From Candidatus Poribacteria bacterium (GTDB taxonomy: Bacteria > Poribacteria > WGA-4E > JAJDTR01): a DNA stretch of 64,000 nucleotides. Location of the stretch: assembly GCA_965222225.1 (NCBI GenBank), contig CBDCTK010000002.1:4448001-4512000 (forward strand), read 5' to 3'. The position numbers and the translations under genes are program-made. Positions 50,016 through 60,499 of the stretch are shown piece by piece. Each line of letters opens with the position of its first letter. Positions within the stretch are counted from its first letter, which is position 1. The notes below the pieces were generated by a model, which did no database searches, had not been told where the DNA came from, and saw only the letters and a list, made by a program, of their open reading frames with translations.

Positions 50016-50160
50016 AAACTGCTTCTTCCAATTGGATTTCGATAACCTCTAGTAGATTCTTTCTTGCCTCTTCAATGTCCTTTCCACAACTCACAACGTC
50101 TATCTCTGGGCAGTAGGCGACGTACATGTTGCCCTCTTTCCATATTTCTTCCGTTATACG
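50011..50160 (-). pseudogene. HicB-family antitoxin remnant
   Basis: *RITEEIWKEGNMYVAYCPEIDVVSCGKDIEEARKNLLEVIEIQLEE; 5' end lost; stop supplied by the REP GTAG. Confidence 0.65.
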
Positions 50161-50215
50161 TTATAACAAGATTCTTCACTGTAGCCTCCTCAATCTATAT
50201 GAGCTCGGGTCAAAA

Positions 50216-51442
50216 CTATGGCATGCCGCCAATAATGTTCTGAACTTCGGTTTCCAAGTCAAGGGTGATTTGCTGGGTCGTCTGCCTCTTTTCTTTTTTG
50301 TAAGTCTCATAGGAATCCAAGAGGTTCTTGGGTGTTCCGATACGCAGGAAGGCATCCAAGGGGCCTTTGACTTTTGACTGACCGTAAACTTCGACTTCGA
50401 GGCGCGTGATGACCTCCAGGAAGCGTTCTTGAGAGGGATCTTCGCCGATATAGCCTTCGTAGATCGCAATGGAGTTTACGATGCGGCGGAGGTCGGTGTA
50501 AAACTGCCGAAACTTGTCAACGCGCTGCGCGTGAACTCCCCGTTCATACTCCGTCATCTCATCCACATCCCGGTAAATCCCCTCATCGATCCGATTCTGG
50601 ATTGCCCGGACCCGCCTGAGCGGGTTCCGGTCTGATAGAGGTGCGAGTTCCAAGAAGTTCTCCATCTGCGACAGAATGTGCTCTCGCATCTGCTGAATGC
50701 GTTCATTCAGTGTGCCCCCTTCATCTAGGCGCAGGTGATACTCTCTCGCCAGAATAGCCAGTAGGCTGCCGCCCACGTTCTTCACACGGTCGTACAGGTC
50801 TGCAGGTCGGTTGGCAGGGTCGGGGAGGACGCTCTGTTCCAAATTTGTAAGCGCCTCCTCGATTTGATCCCACATGTCGTTCCTGTAGATGTACTTTATC
50901 CCGACAGGCACCAGATAGAGGGGTTTCAGGTCCCCCGCCTTCTCCATGTCGTTGAGTGCCCACAAGCCGAACTGCACAATGCCACTCTCGAACGGCATGA
51001 TGGTCTCGTTCTGATGCGAGATTTCGCCTTCGCCGAAGATGACCAGCTTCCGCGCCCCTTTGGCGAGCGTTTCTCGTGTCATCCGAAACGAGTCGCGGTC
51101 GACAGCACCACGCACGACGGAGTAGACGCCGAGCCGCGTCATGACAAAGCCCCTCAATTTCAACCCGGCTATTTTGCGGTCAAAGGTTTCGCGTGCGCAC
51201 ATGTACCGAAATCGCTCACCATAGCGAGTTGACAGGGCGAACATTACATGGGGGTCGGCGCGGGAGGGGTGATTCGGCACCAGAATAGTTGGGTAGCCTT
51301 CAGTCGATTTCAGCCTGTCCAGGGATTCGGAGTCGATATCGACATGGGAGACCTTGGTTGTAAGCCGCATCAGGATTGGTAGCAGCAACTTTACGCTTCC
51401 GATTACGAGCCCATTTTCTTTTGGCGGTTTGAAATCTAGCAT
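50216..51442 (-). CDS. PlsC-like phospholipid/glycerol acyltransferase
   Basis: NHPSRAD (HX4D), IFGEG, VPVGIKY. Confidence 0.88.
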   Translation of the reverse strand: MLDFKPPKENGLVIGSVKLLLPILMRLTTKVSHVDIDSESLDRLKSTEGYPTILVPNHPSRADPHVMFALSTRYGERFRYMCARETFDRKIAGLKLRGFVMTRLGVYSVVRGAVDRDSFRMTRETLAKGARKLVIFGEGEISHQNETIMPFESGIVQFGLWALNDMEKAGDLKPLYLVPVGIKYIYRNDMWDQIEEALTNLEQSVLPDPANRPADLYDRVKNVGGSLLAILAREYHLRLDEGGTLNERIQQMREHILSQMENFLELAPLSDRNPLRRVRAIQNRIDEGIYRDVDEMTEYERGVHAQRVDKFRQFYTDLRRIVNSIAIYEGYIGEDPSQERFLEVITRLEVEVYGQSKVKGPLDAFLRIGTPKNLLDSYETYKKEKRQTTQQITLDLETEVQNIIGGMP

Positions 51443-51522
51443 TGGTTCACTCCAAGGTTATTTGCCTTTGAAACCAGAACTGTCCTATAAGACCTATCTT
51501 CTTTGTGTTCTTGCGAATTCCT

Positions 51523-51543
51523 GTAGGGTGCGCACTGCGCACC
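51523..51543. repeat. Intact GTAG-type REP palindrome
   Basis: GTAG-GGTGCGCACTGCGCACC. Confidence 0.85.
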
Positions 51544-51559
51544 ATCGCCACCAAAAGGG

Positions 51560-53572
51560 TCACGCATGATGACATTTTGAAAGAAGGTGTTTGAGACATT
51601 TGCCAACATGACAACGAAATTCTTCATACTCATTTTTTTTCACTGGCGAAGCACTCGGATCGGCGTGCGAAACAGTGTCTTTGTGACGTCGAACAAATAA
51701 CTGAAGGACTTGATCGTGCGTTTCGCTGGGCACCTTCCGTTCCCTAAGGAATTCACCTACGTTTTTTTTCTTATAGTCTCTTAATGAGCACGGGGCATTC
51801 TTATCCAATAATTGGCAACTGGCGTGAAACTCGTTAAATAAATGGCTAAGCGCAACTGAATATTCCTCTTTTTGCTCACACAAGACTCGCAATCGAATCT
51901 GTTCGATAACATGTGGTTTAGCTATTTTCAAAGTCTGTGCTTTTGTCAATTCGTAATAACCAAGTGGTCTTGATGGCAAGCCTTTCCGTTTGAAAATATC
52001 CATGATTCGTTTCATCGCTGGGTCTTGTTTGAGAAGTTGGGGCAATTTGCTCGGGGCAAACTCAGTCTGACAGAGATACTGTAGCGCGAGACATATATCC
52101 CTTGACGTTAACGGTTTTTTCTGGCGAAGAAATTTCTGAAATTGCTCAGACACATCACTGCATTTCGAGATTAAAACGATAATCGGCTTTGAATAAGCAT
52201 TAACTAACTCGAAATCAAAGCCGTTAGAACTCAGAAAATATTCTCTAAGTCTATCCATGTAGTTGTATTTGGGACGTACTAACATCCTTTGGACGTTTTC
52301 ATCAAATACCCCCTTGAGCCCTTCCATAAAATTTTCTTCATTGAACTGTTCTTGTACGCTCCTTGGCTCGAAATGTTCCCGAAAGTAAGGTGCTATGGGA
52401 AAGCGCTTCAGTTTCTCCAACTGTTCAAAGATGTGCTCAATTTTAACGGCAGGCTTAACGGTAGTTTTGTCCTCTACGTCGTCATCTCGAGATATCATTT
52501 TCAAATTTCTTGTGAGTGCATCTCTATCGCTTTTCTCTTTTAGTCGGAAAATCTTTGTTTTTGGATTGAGTCGAAGTCCTAATTTTTCGTGAAGACAATC
52601 TGAAATACGGGCTGCTAACGGATTAAACAGAGGTCTCAAATCACTATCCTGTTCTTTAAAAGTGATTGATATATATATGTCGTCCACGTAGCGGATTATG
52701 GCATGATCTTGTATTGATTCGTTGCTGCGACAAAGTTCATCATCAAGATATGAATCCCCAAAGGCAAGAAAAAGATATCCGATGAAATCGGAGATAATGT
52801 TGTTGTCTGATTGCGGTATGCCTGAAGTTCCGCACGCCACAAAATCAAAAAAAGAAACAAGCTGACCATATGTTTTCTCGCCAAAGTAAAGTTTTTTCTT
52901 TACACTGTAATTGACGCGAGTTTCAAGTAAATCAAGAAGTCTCGGAATGCTAAGTTCATCGAAAAAGTTTTGTATGTCCAAGCGAATAACAACCTTGCGC
53001 TCTGTGTTTTCGTCTTTTTCCTTTTCCACCTCTTTGCAGAAGTTTTCATAGTGTGGTACGTGATAGATTGGTTCCTTGATGGGCTTCGGCTTTTTAATGA
53101 TGTGTCCTTGTTCGTTGAACTGTAGATTCCCTCCGTAGCCGGCGCGGATTCGATCGTGAGTGCTATAATTTTCTTGCAGATAATCTTTGGAAAGTTCAAT
53201 CAAATAAATTCCCACGGCGTTGTAAAGGACGCGCATAGGGCATGTCATAAACTTGTAACGACGCAGACCAAGATTAGATTTTGGGATAGTGTATGGAACA
53301 ATCGCAAACTCCCTGCTCAAGCCGTAAAACAGGTTATTGTCAACTGTCGTGCTGAAATACCTTTTCGACTTCAACCTGTTGAACGACTTACTCAGATTTT
53401 CGTAGTGAGACATCTCAGGCGTCCGGAAAAATCTATTTGTTTTTTTTCTTTCTAGTTGATACTCCAACAATTCTAAAGCTTGCAGCCAATGACGGTACTT
53501 CAAAAAATGGCTAAATTGGGGCACGTCATATTCGTTGGGGTTCTTTTTCCGTACGACGGTTTTTTTGTTCAT
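51560..53572 (-). CDS. AbiA-like reverse transcriptase with probable C-terminal HEPN domain
   Basis: YTIPKSNLGLR, RLDIQNFFD, GIPQS.NNIISDFIG, IRYVDD, LGLRLNPKT; C-terminal RRHKDTVSH (R-x6-H). Confidence 0.8.
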   Translation of the reverse strand: MNKKTVVRKKNPNEYDVPQFSHFLKYRHWLQALELLEYQLERKKTNRFFRTPEMSHYENLSKSFNRLKSKRYFSTTVDNNLFYGLSREFAIVPYTIPKSNLGLRRYKFMTCPMRVLYNAVGIYLIELSKDYLQENYSTHDRIRAGYGGNLQFNEQGHIIKKPKPIKEPIYHVPHYENFCKEVEKEKDENTERKVVIRLDIQNFFDELSIPRLLDLLETRVNYSVKKKLYFGEKTYGQLVSFFDFVACGTSGIPQSDNNIISDFIGYLFLAFGDSYLDDELCRSNESIQDHAIIRYVDDIYISITFKEQDSDLRPLFNPLAARISDCLHEKLGLRLNPKTKIFRLKEKSDRDALTRNLKMISRDDDVEDKTTVKPAVKIEHIFEQLEKLKRFPIAPYFREHFEPRSVQEQFNEENFMEGLKGVFDENVQRMLVRPKYNYMDRLREYFLSSNGFDFELVNAYSKPIIVLISKCSDVSEQFQKFLRQKKPLTSRDICLALQYLCQTEFAPSKLPQLLKQDPAMKRIMDIFKRKGLPSRPLGYYELTKAQTLKIAKPHVIEQIRLRVLCEQKEEYSVALSHLFNEFHASCQLLDKNAPCSLRDYKKKNVGEFLRERKVPSETHDQVLQLFVRRHKDTVSHADPSASPVKKNEYEEFRCHVGKCLKHLLSKCHHA

Positions 53573-53696
53573 TGATTTGGTAATTCCCTGCTTAAACTTT
53601 CATTCCGGTCATGAGATTTGTGAACTGCTAGTGGAACCATGCAAAATCCGCGCAATTCCAAGTCTTTGCTGTCTACGACCTAGGCATTTCGACTGT

Positions 53697-54023
53697 CTAC
53701 GAAACATCACCTAGCTCTTCCAAATCTTGCTGTCGCTCCTCCCAATCTGGGAGATAGGCGTGCATGAAGCTTTTGAATAGCCTCCCGTGATTCGGGGCGA
53801 GGAGATGAACCAACTCATGCACAATCACGAATTCGCCCAACGCCGCCGGCAGACGCAGCAACTCGGTGTTCAAGGTCAATCGCCCAGTTGTGGATATAGA
53901 TGCCCACTTTTTCCGCATGTCCCGCAGATGTACCTCGCGCACCGTCACGCCCATGCGCTCAGCCCAACCCCAGACCGCGCCTTTCAAATCGCTCGAATCA
54001 CTCCATATACTTTCGGCGTTCAT
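53697..54023 (-). CDS. YgjP/M48-like zinc metallopeptidase, short
   Basis: MRKKWAS, LN..L, VHELVHL...NH...F; ATGA overlap with the hsdR stop. Confidence 0.85.
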   Translation of the reverse strand: MNAESIWSDSSDLKGAVWGWAERMGVTVREVHLRDMRKKWASISTTGRLTLNTELLRLPAALGEFVIVHELVHLLAPNHGRLFKSFMHAYLPDWEERQQDLEELGDVS

Positions 54024-56890
54024 ACGCGTTGCAAATCCAACAATGTGTTTGTTGTTTCTACTAGCTTGCTTGTCTCAACGATAGATCTTAGCGCGATGTA
54101 GAATCTCCGCCGCAACTGGCTTGCTTGTTGTTCATTCCATTGATAATCAGGATATTGGTCAAATATGCTGTTGAAATTTCGCGCATGCCCCGTTGAAATG
54201 TCGTCCGCATACCCCTGAAGAACCTTGTAAATCGCATAAGCGTTATCGTCAAGGTTCAGTCGCACGGTTTCAATTGTCGCTTGATTGCACTCTTCCGCAA
54301 ACCTCTCAAATTCAGCCAAAGCCTCTTGCGTCGTCATTTGCCGATTCTCATAAGCCTCCGCGACCACGTCTGCCCGTTCTCCGATAGATATGAGAAACGG
54401 CTTTGAACGGCTTTCCTCCGTGACGGTCTTACTCAAAACCTTCCTCAAATTCAACACCTTCACGGTGTCTGATAACTCGCTATCGGCGACTTCCCGCAAT
54501 GTGTCCGCGTTCAATTCATGGATGGCGCCCGGAAGTTCAAAGTTGTCGCTCTCCGTATGCTCCTGTAATAATTCGCGCGTTTTCTTGACCAACTCTTTAT
54601 CGACGTAGGGGTTGTCCGCGTAGGCATTACGAATTAAGGCATAGAGCGACGCGAGCGCTTTATAGTCGTTCAAGAACGGACGCAGAAATGCGTCGGGAGA
54701 AAGGATGTTGTAGATGTCTTGGATCTGCCTAAAAAACTTGAAAAAAGCCTCTCGCCCCTCCTTGTCCTCAAAGTAGGCGATTGCCCGCTCTTTTCCCCTA
54801 TCGTCCCAACTATGCGCATAGGGCAGATAACTCGGCGCAGTTTCCTCGAACCGCGCGGCAAAGAGGGTTTTGAGCACGTCTAGATTCTGAATTACGCTTC
54901 CCACCACGTCAGAATCAAAGGCAAGGGCTTTCTCCAGATTCTCGAAGATGCCGACGAAATCCAAAACAAACCCATACGGCTTCACCAGTCCCTCGTTGTC
55001 CTCGTAGGGTCGGTTGACGCGGGCGATTGCCTGTAGCAACACGTGATCGCGCATGGGTTTGTCAAGGTACATGCAGTAAAGAATCGGCGCATCAAAACCG
55101 GTCAACAGCTTTTCAGTTACCATCAGTATCTTTAGGGGGTCGCTCTTGTCGGCAAATCGCTTCCGAATCTCCTTTTCTTCGTCCTCGTTACGGTGATGCG
55201 CTTTCAAGTTCTCGGCGTCTTGATGGTGCGGGGAATATACCACCTCCGAATACTCTGGCGGTAGATGCCTATCAAGCGCCTCCTTGTACAACGCGCACGC
55301 CTCACGGTCTACGCCGACCAGAAACGCCTTGAAGCCCATCGGCTCAACATTGTCGCGGAAGTGTCCTGCGACATACCGGGCAATGTCTTCAACCCGATTG
55401 GGAGCTTTCATCATCTGCTTCAACCCGACTGCGCGGTCTAGGATGGCGTTCAGCTCCTCCACGTCGCTCACGCCTTCCGCCGCCGCAAGCCCCAGGAACT
55501 CCCGCTCCAGTGTCTCGCTGTCTACCTGTAAACCGGACGGGGAAAGCGCATAGTTCAACCGCACGGTAGTGCCGTCCTCAATGGACTCGGCAATTGCGTA
55601 TTTGTCAAGGTATCCCTGCTCATCGTCCGCGCCAAATACTCTGAAGGTCCCCTTGCCGTGGGCAAGCCGATCAATCGGCGTGCCGGTGAAACCGATGTAG
55701 GTGGCATTGGGAAGCGCCCCCATGAGGAAGTTCCCCAGATCGCCTCCGGTGGTGCGGTGGGCTTCATCAACCAGTATCGTCACGCTCTCGCGAGTGTTGA
55801 TTCTTGCCGGTATGTCGTCAAACTTATGAATGGTTGAAACCACCAAGCCGCGATAGTCGGAAGCCAAAATCGACCGTAGGTCGCGTTTGCTCTCCGCAAC
55901 TTTGGGTGTCCTAATACCGTAAGCCGTGATATTTTTGAACAACTGGCTCTCCAACTCATTGCGGTCCACCAGCATCAACACGGTGGGTTTTTCCGTTTCC
56001 CCGCCGCGGCGCAACAATCGGGAAGCGATGGTTATCATCGTCAGCGTCTTACCGCTGCCCTGCGTGTGCCAGACCAGTCCTCGCCGCTTGATGGGGTCGT
56101 GAACCCGTTCAACCACACCCTCCACGGCACGGGTTTGGTGCTGGCGCAACACAACTTTGGTCAGCTCGTCATCCCTGCTGAGGAAGATAATCGACTCGCG
56201 CAGGGCTTTCAGGAATCGGCCGGGATCGAAGAACGTCTTGACCTTATCCTCGTAGCTAGCGGGGTCGTCGGCTTTCCAGTTGAACAGATTCTTGCGGCTG
56301 GTGTTCCACGTGACGCCGTAGAAAAAATCCAAAAGTTGTGTGACGCCGAACAGTTGCGCGAAGGTAAACATCTCGGGTGTTTCCCGGTGGTAGCGGCGAA
56401 TCTGATCGACACCTTCCGCCAATCCGTCCCGCTTGTGCGCGGATTTTGTCTCCACCACCGCCACCGGAATCCCATTAATCAGAAACACCACATCCGCACG
56501 GTTTCGGTACACAGCGTTTCTTTGCCACCACTCATCAGTGACATGGAATAGATTGCTGTCAGGGGTATCGAAATCAATCAGCGTGACGTTCCGCTCACGC
56601 TCTTGGCTCGGGACAAAGATTGACCGCTCGCCGCGCAACCAAGCCAGTGCCTCCCGGTTTCCCTCACGAGTCGAATTAAGCAATTTTAACTGACGCAGAA
56701 TTTCCTTGCAGAGTCCCTCATCCAGTACCTCCCTGTTGAGTTTCAGGAGTTGCGAGTCCAGCACGTCCGCAAAATACAGCTTGGTATTGCCGCCGCGCAT
56801 CTGCAGCGCCTGCGATGCCGAAATGGACTCCCAGCCAATTTCATTGGCGTACCTGAGCATGGGATTTTGGACTGCATCACGTTCTGACAT
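54020..56890 (-). CDS. hsdR: Type I restriction endonuclease subunit R
   Basis: RADVV..INGIP..VVETK, WHTQGSGKT, DEAHR, FTGTP, LLTGFDAP, QAIARVNR; likely start MSERDAVQ at 56890 (the longer ORF call runs into the MITE). Confidence 0.95.
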   Translation of the reverse strand: MSERDAVQNPMLRYANEIGWESISASQALQMRGGNTKLYFADVLDSQLLKLNREVLDEGLCKEILRQLKLLNSTREGNREALAWLRGERSIFVPSQERERNVTLIDFDTPDSNLFHVTDEWWQRNAVYRNRADVVFLINGIPVAVVETKSAHKRDGLAEGVDQIRRYHRETPEMFTFAQLFGVTQLLDFFYGVTWNTSRKNLFNWKADDPASYEDKVKTFFDPGRFLKALRESIIFLSRDDELTKVVLRQHQTRAVEGVVERVHDPIKRRGLVWHTQGSGKTLTMITIASRLLRRGGETEKPTVLMLVDRNELESQLFKNITAYGIRTPKVAESKRDLRSILASDYRGLVVSTIHKFDDIPARINTRESVTILVDEAHRTTGGDLGNFLMGALPNATYIGFTGTPIDRLAHGKGTFRVFGADDEQGYLDKYAIAESIEDGTTVRLNYALSPSGLQVDSETLEREFLGLAAAEGVSDVEELNAILDRAVGLKQMMKAPNRVEDIARYVAGHFRDNVEPMGFKAFLVGVDREACALYKEALDRHLPPEYSEVVYSPHHQDAENLKAHHRNEDEEKEIRKRFADKSDPLKILMVTEKLLTGFDAPILYCMYLDKPMRDHVLLQAIARVNRPYEDNEGLVKPYGFVLDFVGIFENLEKALAFDSDVVGSVIQNLDVLKTLFAARFEETAPSYLPYAHSWDDRGKERAIAYFEDKEGREAFFKFFRQIQDIYNILSPDAFLRPFLNDYKALASLYALIRNAYADNPYVDKELVKKTRELLQEHTESDNFELPGAIHELNADTLREVADSELSDTVKVLNLRKVLSKTVTEESRSKPFLISIGERADVVAEAYENRQMTTQEALAEFERFAEECNQATIETVRLNLDDNAYAIYKVLQGYADDISTGHARNFNSIFDQYPDYQWNEQQASQLRRRFYIALRSIVETSKLVETTNTLLDLQRV

Positions 56891-56964
56891 TACGCTCTCC
56901 GAGGGGAGGCAAACGGAAATCAGCAGCGAGCGGGAAAAGTAATTTATCAGATTTTCTTGATTTA

Positions 56965-57210
56965 GAGCCTGTTTGAAAAGTGCAGTTTGTAGGGTGCGCA
57001 CTGCGCACCAGCCTCTAAAAGCCCCAGAGGGGCGGAAGGTGTATAGAAACACCAAAACCCCGTGCACCTAAGCCCCAGCGTGGGATCAAGGAAGCGAATA
57101 GCGACTGCGATAGAGATTCTACAGGTATGTAGCAGCCAACAATGAAAACATGAAAAAACTTTTTACAAATGACCAGAAATGGCTTTGCCACCGATTATTC
57201 AACCTGGCTC
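56965..57210. mobile_element. MITE homologous to 15323-15552 (inverted), with intact REP (56989-57009) and unit U9 (57084-57119, minus strand)
   Basis: TIRs GAGCCTGTTTGAAAAGT / ATTATTCAACCTGGCTC, TTA on both sides; two GCCCCAG hairpins. Confidence 0.85.
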
Positions 57211-57340
57211 TTAGTGCAAGAGCAATGTTACAATCCGTTCAGCCTTTTTCCTCAAAGCAACCGGAATCTAGCTTCAAAGGTGTTATTCTACTGTACAACA
57301 GGGAGAAAACCAAGATAAACTGGGCTAAAAGGAGTTTGTC

Positions 57341-57496
57341 ATGAATCAGACATATACCGCTCTTGCCCAACAACGTGAGGGCTGGTGGATCGGATGGATT
57401 GAGGAAATCCCCGGGGTAAACTGCCAAGAAAGAACGTATGAGGAGCTTCTTGATACTTTGAAAGTCACGCTTTCAGAGGCTTTGAAATTCAATTAG
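57341..57496 (+). CDS. Short HicB-family antitoxin, probably truncated
   Basis: AAGGAG RBS; MNQTYTA.....GWWIGWIEEIPGVNCQERT.EELL..L...L.EAL. Confidence 0.7.
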   Translation: MNQTYTALAQQREGWWIGWIEEIPGVNCQERTYEELLDTLKVTLSEALKFN

Positions 57497-57610
57497 GAAC
57501 AGCCAATCCGATCGGCATAGCGAAGCATCGGTTCTCGAACAACACTATGTTCAGACATCATTATCTCCCTAACCTGCTGCGACTTGCCAAATCCGCAGCA
57601 CTTTTGTTAA

Positions 57611-58276
57611 TCAATCGTGTAGCGCTTTGGTTGAAGTACACGCAGAACCCGAATCGCGTTGAGTCACACCTACGCCCTCTACCCGCTCGAATGTATACAT
57701 ATGCACCCGATCATCTCTTTCTTCCTTCATGTGAACTAGATAAAAGCCATTCCCATTCAGCAGTTTTATCTGGTGGCAATTGAGCAACTTCCTAATCCGC
57801 TCCATCCATTCGGGTATCATCTTTTCATAGTAGTCATAGTCCACTTCTTTTCCGAACGGATTCTGTGCGTGTAGACGCTTGCCACATCTTCCGTGAACCT
57901 CAATAAGTTCATCACGCGTCATGAATCCAGTCTCCATATCAACGAGTTTATTCTTGGCGCGAGAATTCTTCAATGGCACCTCAACAATAGGCCGCGGATA
58001 AAAGTTCGGGTTTAAACGTTCTACATCTTTGAGTATTGCTTTCGGATGCCACTGTTTCTCAAATTTATTCCTATTTTTCTCGAAGATTGATTTGTATGCG
58101 GACAGTGAGGCAAGTGCCACTAGCTCTGTAATCATTCGCACCTGATGCACCATTGATTCGACATGGGTAGCGTGATAAATTACACTTATCATTTTCTCTA
58201 ATAATGAGCGTACGACATTCATCCTGAGTTTAATTTCCTCCATGACTGCGATGTATGCTTTGGTATCCAGTTCCAT
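57611..58276 (-). CDS. Hypothetical protein embedded between hsdS and hsdR
   Basis: 221-aa ORF with strong AGGAGG RBS; no family recognised. Confidence 0.7.
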   Translation of the reverse strand: MELDTKAYIAVMEEIKLRMNVVRSLLEKMISVIYHATHVESMVHQVRMITELVALASLSAYKSIFEKNRNKFEKQWHPKAILKDVERLNPNFYPRPIVEVPLKNSRAKNKLVDMETGFMTRDELIEVHGRCGKRLHAQNPFGKEVDYDYYEKMIPEWMERIRKLLNCHQIKLLNGNGFYLVHMKEERDDRVHMYTFERVEGVGVTQRDSGSACTSTKALHD

Positions 58277-58335
58277 TTTTTAATTCCTCCTTCTTGATAA
58301 AGCAGAATCTTTCTTAGTGTGTGTTTAGGAACTTG

Positions 58336-59616
58336 CTAGCCGGAAATTTCCGAATCAATTAGTGGAGCGGCGGACCTTTCCCCGGTCATCAGTTCCTCAA
58401 GCATGGCGTGAAACAGTTCGTCCAATCGGGCAGTTTCTTTTTCGAGGGCGGCAATCTTTGCGTTAAAGGCTATTAGAACCTCTGAGATTTCTTGCTGTTC
58501 ATCGAACGACGGAATTGGTATTTCTAGGCGCTTAACATCACCTACATTCAAATGTTTTGCGGTGACACCTCGCCCTTGTGACAACAGTCTAGAACGCAAT
58601 TCAGTCACATAGAAACTTTGAACCAAGAAATTGGCATCTAATATCAAAGGAATGACTCTCAATAGCATTAATCTTTGTCCCAAACTGAGTCTTGTATCCC
58701 GAGGAATGACACATGCTTCGCCAATAGGGGCTTCACGACTAAATAGGATATCACCTTATTGTGGCGTAAGTCGCTTAATGCGTTCTTGATATTCGTCTTC
58801 CGATGTATACGACGCAGGTTCTTTAACATAAATCCCTGAACGTATATTGACGTTTCGGGCGCATAGAACTCCAGACTCAACGAACTTTGGAGTTGAATGT
58901 GGACAATCAACAATCTTCAGACATACTTTATTCAACCCGACTATCTCCCAACTCTCAGGTATCTCACCAATCTCCGTCTGTTTTCGGGGTTCGCCCTTCG
59001 TGCCGTGAGAGAAGAGGTAATCCATCAATGCAGATTTGCGCTCTCGCTCTAACGCAATCTCCTTTTGCCGGGCAAACTTGGCTTCTTGAATTGCACCCAA
59101 AACCGAGGCAATGGCGCGTTGTTCGGGAAGTGGAGGGAGTGGCAACTGGTAATCAAGGATATGATTCTTCGATAAATTATTGATATTTGTGCCACGTGCT
59201 TCCCGAAGCAAATGCTTCCGATAATTCTTGGTCTGAAAAACATTACCAACAAAAATTGATTCTGCCATTGCATTATGGCGGAAAACTGCACAGAATGCAC
59301 CAAACGATCCCTTCCAATCCATATTTAACTGGGCAGCTTTTCCAACCACAGATTTACTTCCACTAGACATTGCAATTATCACATCGCCTCTCCGTAGAAG
59401 TTGGGAATCAGAAACTTTTTCAGCTTTTACGTATACTAATTCTTCATCCAAGATTAGCTGTCTATCTTGAATATTAGTCGCCCTAAGAACTGGTAAATAT
59501 CCAAGAATCGCGTCGTTGGTCACATCTTGTTTTTTGTAAGAAACACCGCGAACCAACCGCCCTAGTTTTCCCAACCTAACCAATTCCCAATGTTCCGGCA
59601 ATTCAATCTCGTCTAT
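58336..59616 (-). pseudogene. hsdS: Type I R-M specificity subunit with in-frame TAA (58756-58758) and apparent ATG->ATA start
   Basis: LPEHW, PLPPLPEQRAI, TEIGEIPESW, PIPSFDEQQEI, ELMTG; the two ORFs are in one frame: ...RLTPQ*GDILFSREAPIG... Confidence 0.88.
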
Positions 59617-59702
59617 TTTATAGTCCCTCCCCGTTCAATTGAAGCCAAGACGACGCATTTTCCAACCTCTTGCTCGCGTTTTCAGGATCCTAGGCGCCTA
59701 CC

Positions 59703-60383
59703 CTATCTTCCACGGTTGGCTCCTCCTCTCGTGTTTCTCGTAAATCCCCGAAGTGTTTGTCCTTGTCCGCCTGATGTTGTCTTGGTGTTTGTCGGCGTTA
59801 TACGAGTTGAAGGTGGTTGCGCCATACGATTCATTCGATTTGGAGAAACGACTTCCTTGACAGGTGCCGAGGATTGCACTTCTGTGCTTGTTTCTAATTC
59901 AAAGGCTCTATGTACAGTCGTGTGCGAATAAACAACCTTGCTATTGGAAGAAAGTTTCTGAAGTTGAGTTTGGATCATCTCTCGATCTTTCAAGCCAGAA
60001 CTTAATATGGAGCGATCGAAACTAGGACAGACGATATGAAGAGCGACTCCCTCATCTTGAGCAACCGCCTTTGCTCCTTTAGTAAAACCAGTATTAGTAA
60101 TCATCATTGACTTGTTGGCAAATACTTTCTCTTTGACTTTCTGAAGGAGCAAAACCTCGCCCTGCTCTACCTTACCCGAACTTCGCCACTTCGCATTAGC
60201 AATATTCAGGTACTGCGTGAGTTGATTTCCATCTTCCCAGTAAAGGTCAATCTGATGATTATACTCTGGCAAATCAGGTCGTTTTGGATTTGGAATCTTG
60301 ACAGACAGTACTTCCTTAATAGGAATTTCAAGTTTATCAGCTAAGAAAAATCGACATAACTCCTCATATTGTGTACCAGTCAT
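59703..60383 (-). CDS. Mrr-like PD-(D/E)xK restriction endonuclease
   Basis: G..YE, HQID, NAKW, V....V, MITNTGFTKGA...A...GV.L. Confidence 0.7.
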   Translation of the reverse strand: MTGTQYEELCRFFLADKLEIPIKEVLSVKIPNPKRPDLPEYNHQIDLYWEDGNQLTQYLNIANAKWRSSGKVEQGEVLLLQKVKEKVFANKSMMITNTGFTKGAKAVAQDEGVALHIVCPSFDRSILSSGLKDREMIQTQLQKLSSNSKVVYSHTTVHRAFELETSTEVQSSAPVKEVVSPNRMNRMAQPPSTRITPTNTKTTSGGQGQTLRGFTRNTRGGANRGR

Positions 60384-60499
60384 TCTAACTCCTTTTTGAA
60401 TTCAATCCCCCTTTGTTCTCTATGATAGAACACACTATTGCAATAATTCTCGACAGGATCGACTTGTATAACTGCCAATTGCCTTCTAGAGCATGGTTG

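Noticed and set aside
51560-53572. RT as a group II intron, retron or DGR
   Set aside because: No intron domain V/VI or maturase motifs, no VTG retron motif or evident msr-msd, and no long TR/VR pair or avd gene nearby; motifs fit AbiA better.
56891-57067. N-terminal extension of HsdR in the ORF track
   Set aside because: It runs through the MITE/REP; the HsdR-like sequence starts at MSERDAVQ (56890).
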